A stretch of 64,000 nucleotides of DNA from Lingula anatina (taxonomy: Eukaryota > Animalia > Brachiopoda): the NCBI GenBank assembly GCA_051362555.1, contig CM120648.1, positions 19,216,587 to 19,280,586 on the forward strand, written 5' to 3'. The notes below the pieces were generated by a model. That model did not search any database and was not told the DNA's origin. It saw nothing but the letters and a program-made list of their open reading frames with translations. Within the stretch, counting starts at the first letter, position 1; each line of letters starts with the position of its first letter. This document shows, piece after piece, positions 63,857-64,000 of this stretch. The position numbers and the translations under genes are program-made.

Positions 63857-64000
63857 TAAGTGATCGATTTGACAACAAAATTTTTACTGGTCATTATCTT
63901 AAAGTATTCCTTTCTCTTCAAATTTTGCTTTAGAATATTAAAGTTTACTATTTAGATTGATTTAGATTCTTTGGAATGGTGCCTGATGACATCGGTATTA

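Overview
AT-rich, intron-containing, TE-dense animal DNA, probably a marine invertebrate (a lophotrochozoan such as a mollusc is a guess). It is not prokaryotic and has no CRISPR, rRNA or tRNA. (1) The + strand carries the 3' part of a large spliced gene (exons 6881-42536, ~798 aa visible, all intron phases compatible). It encodes a Roc GTPase and COR (ROCO) protein whose C-terminal module is a DZIP3-like HEPN domain with an intact RxxxxH ribonuclease motif, where a kinase would sit in LRRK2-type ROCO proteins. This candidate dimerisation-gated RNase is the main finding. (2) Its introns are nests of TEs: Helentron-like non-autonomous elements with 146-bp satellite arrays, several MITEs, and an apparently intact 4.5-kb hAT transposon with a 3-intron, ~720-aa transposase. 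(3) The - strand carries an HSD11B1-like SDR gene with no recognisable last exon, a Gypsy integrase/env relic in intron 3 and a 21x102-bp VNTR just upstream. It abuts a 3' fragment of DIS3L2 with an in-frame stop and a minisatellite built from its own exon/splice-donor junction. (4) A deleted mariner element lies at the right end. Gene models were read by eye from GT/AG signals, reading phase and protein motifs; no database search was run.
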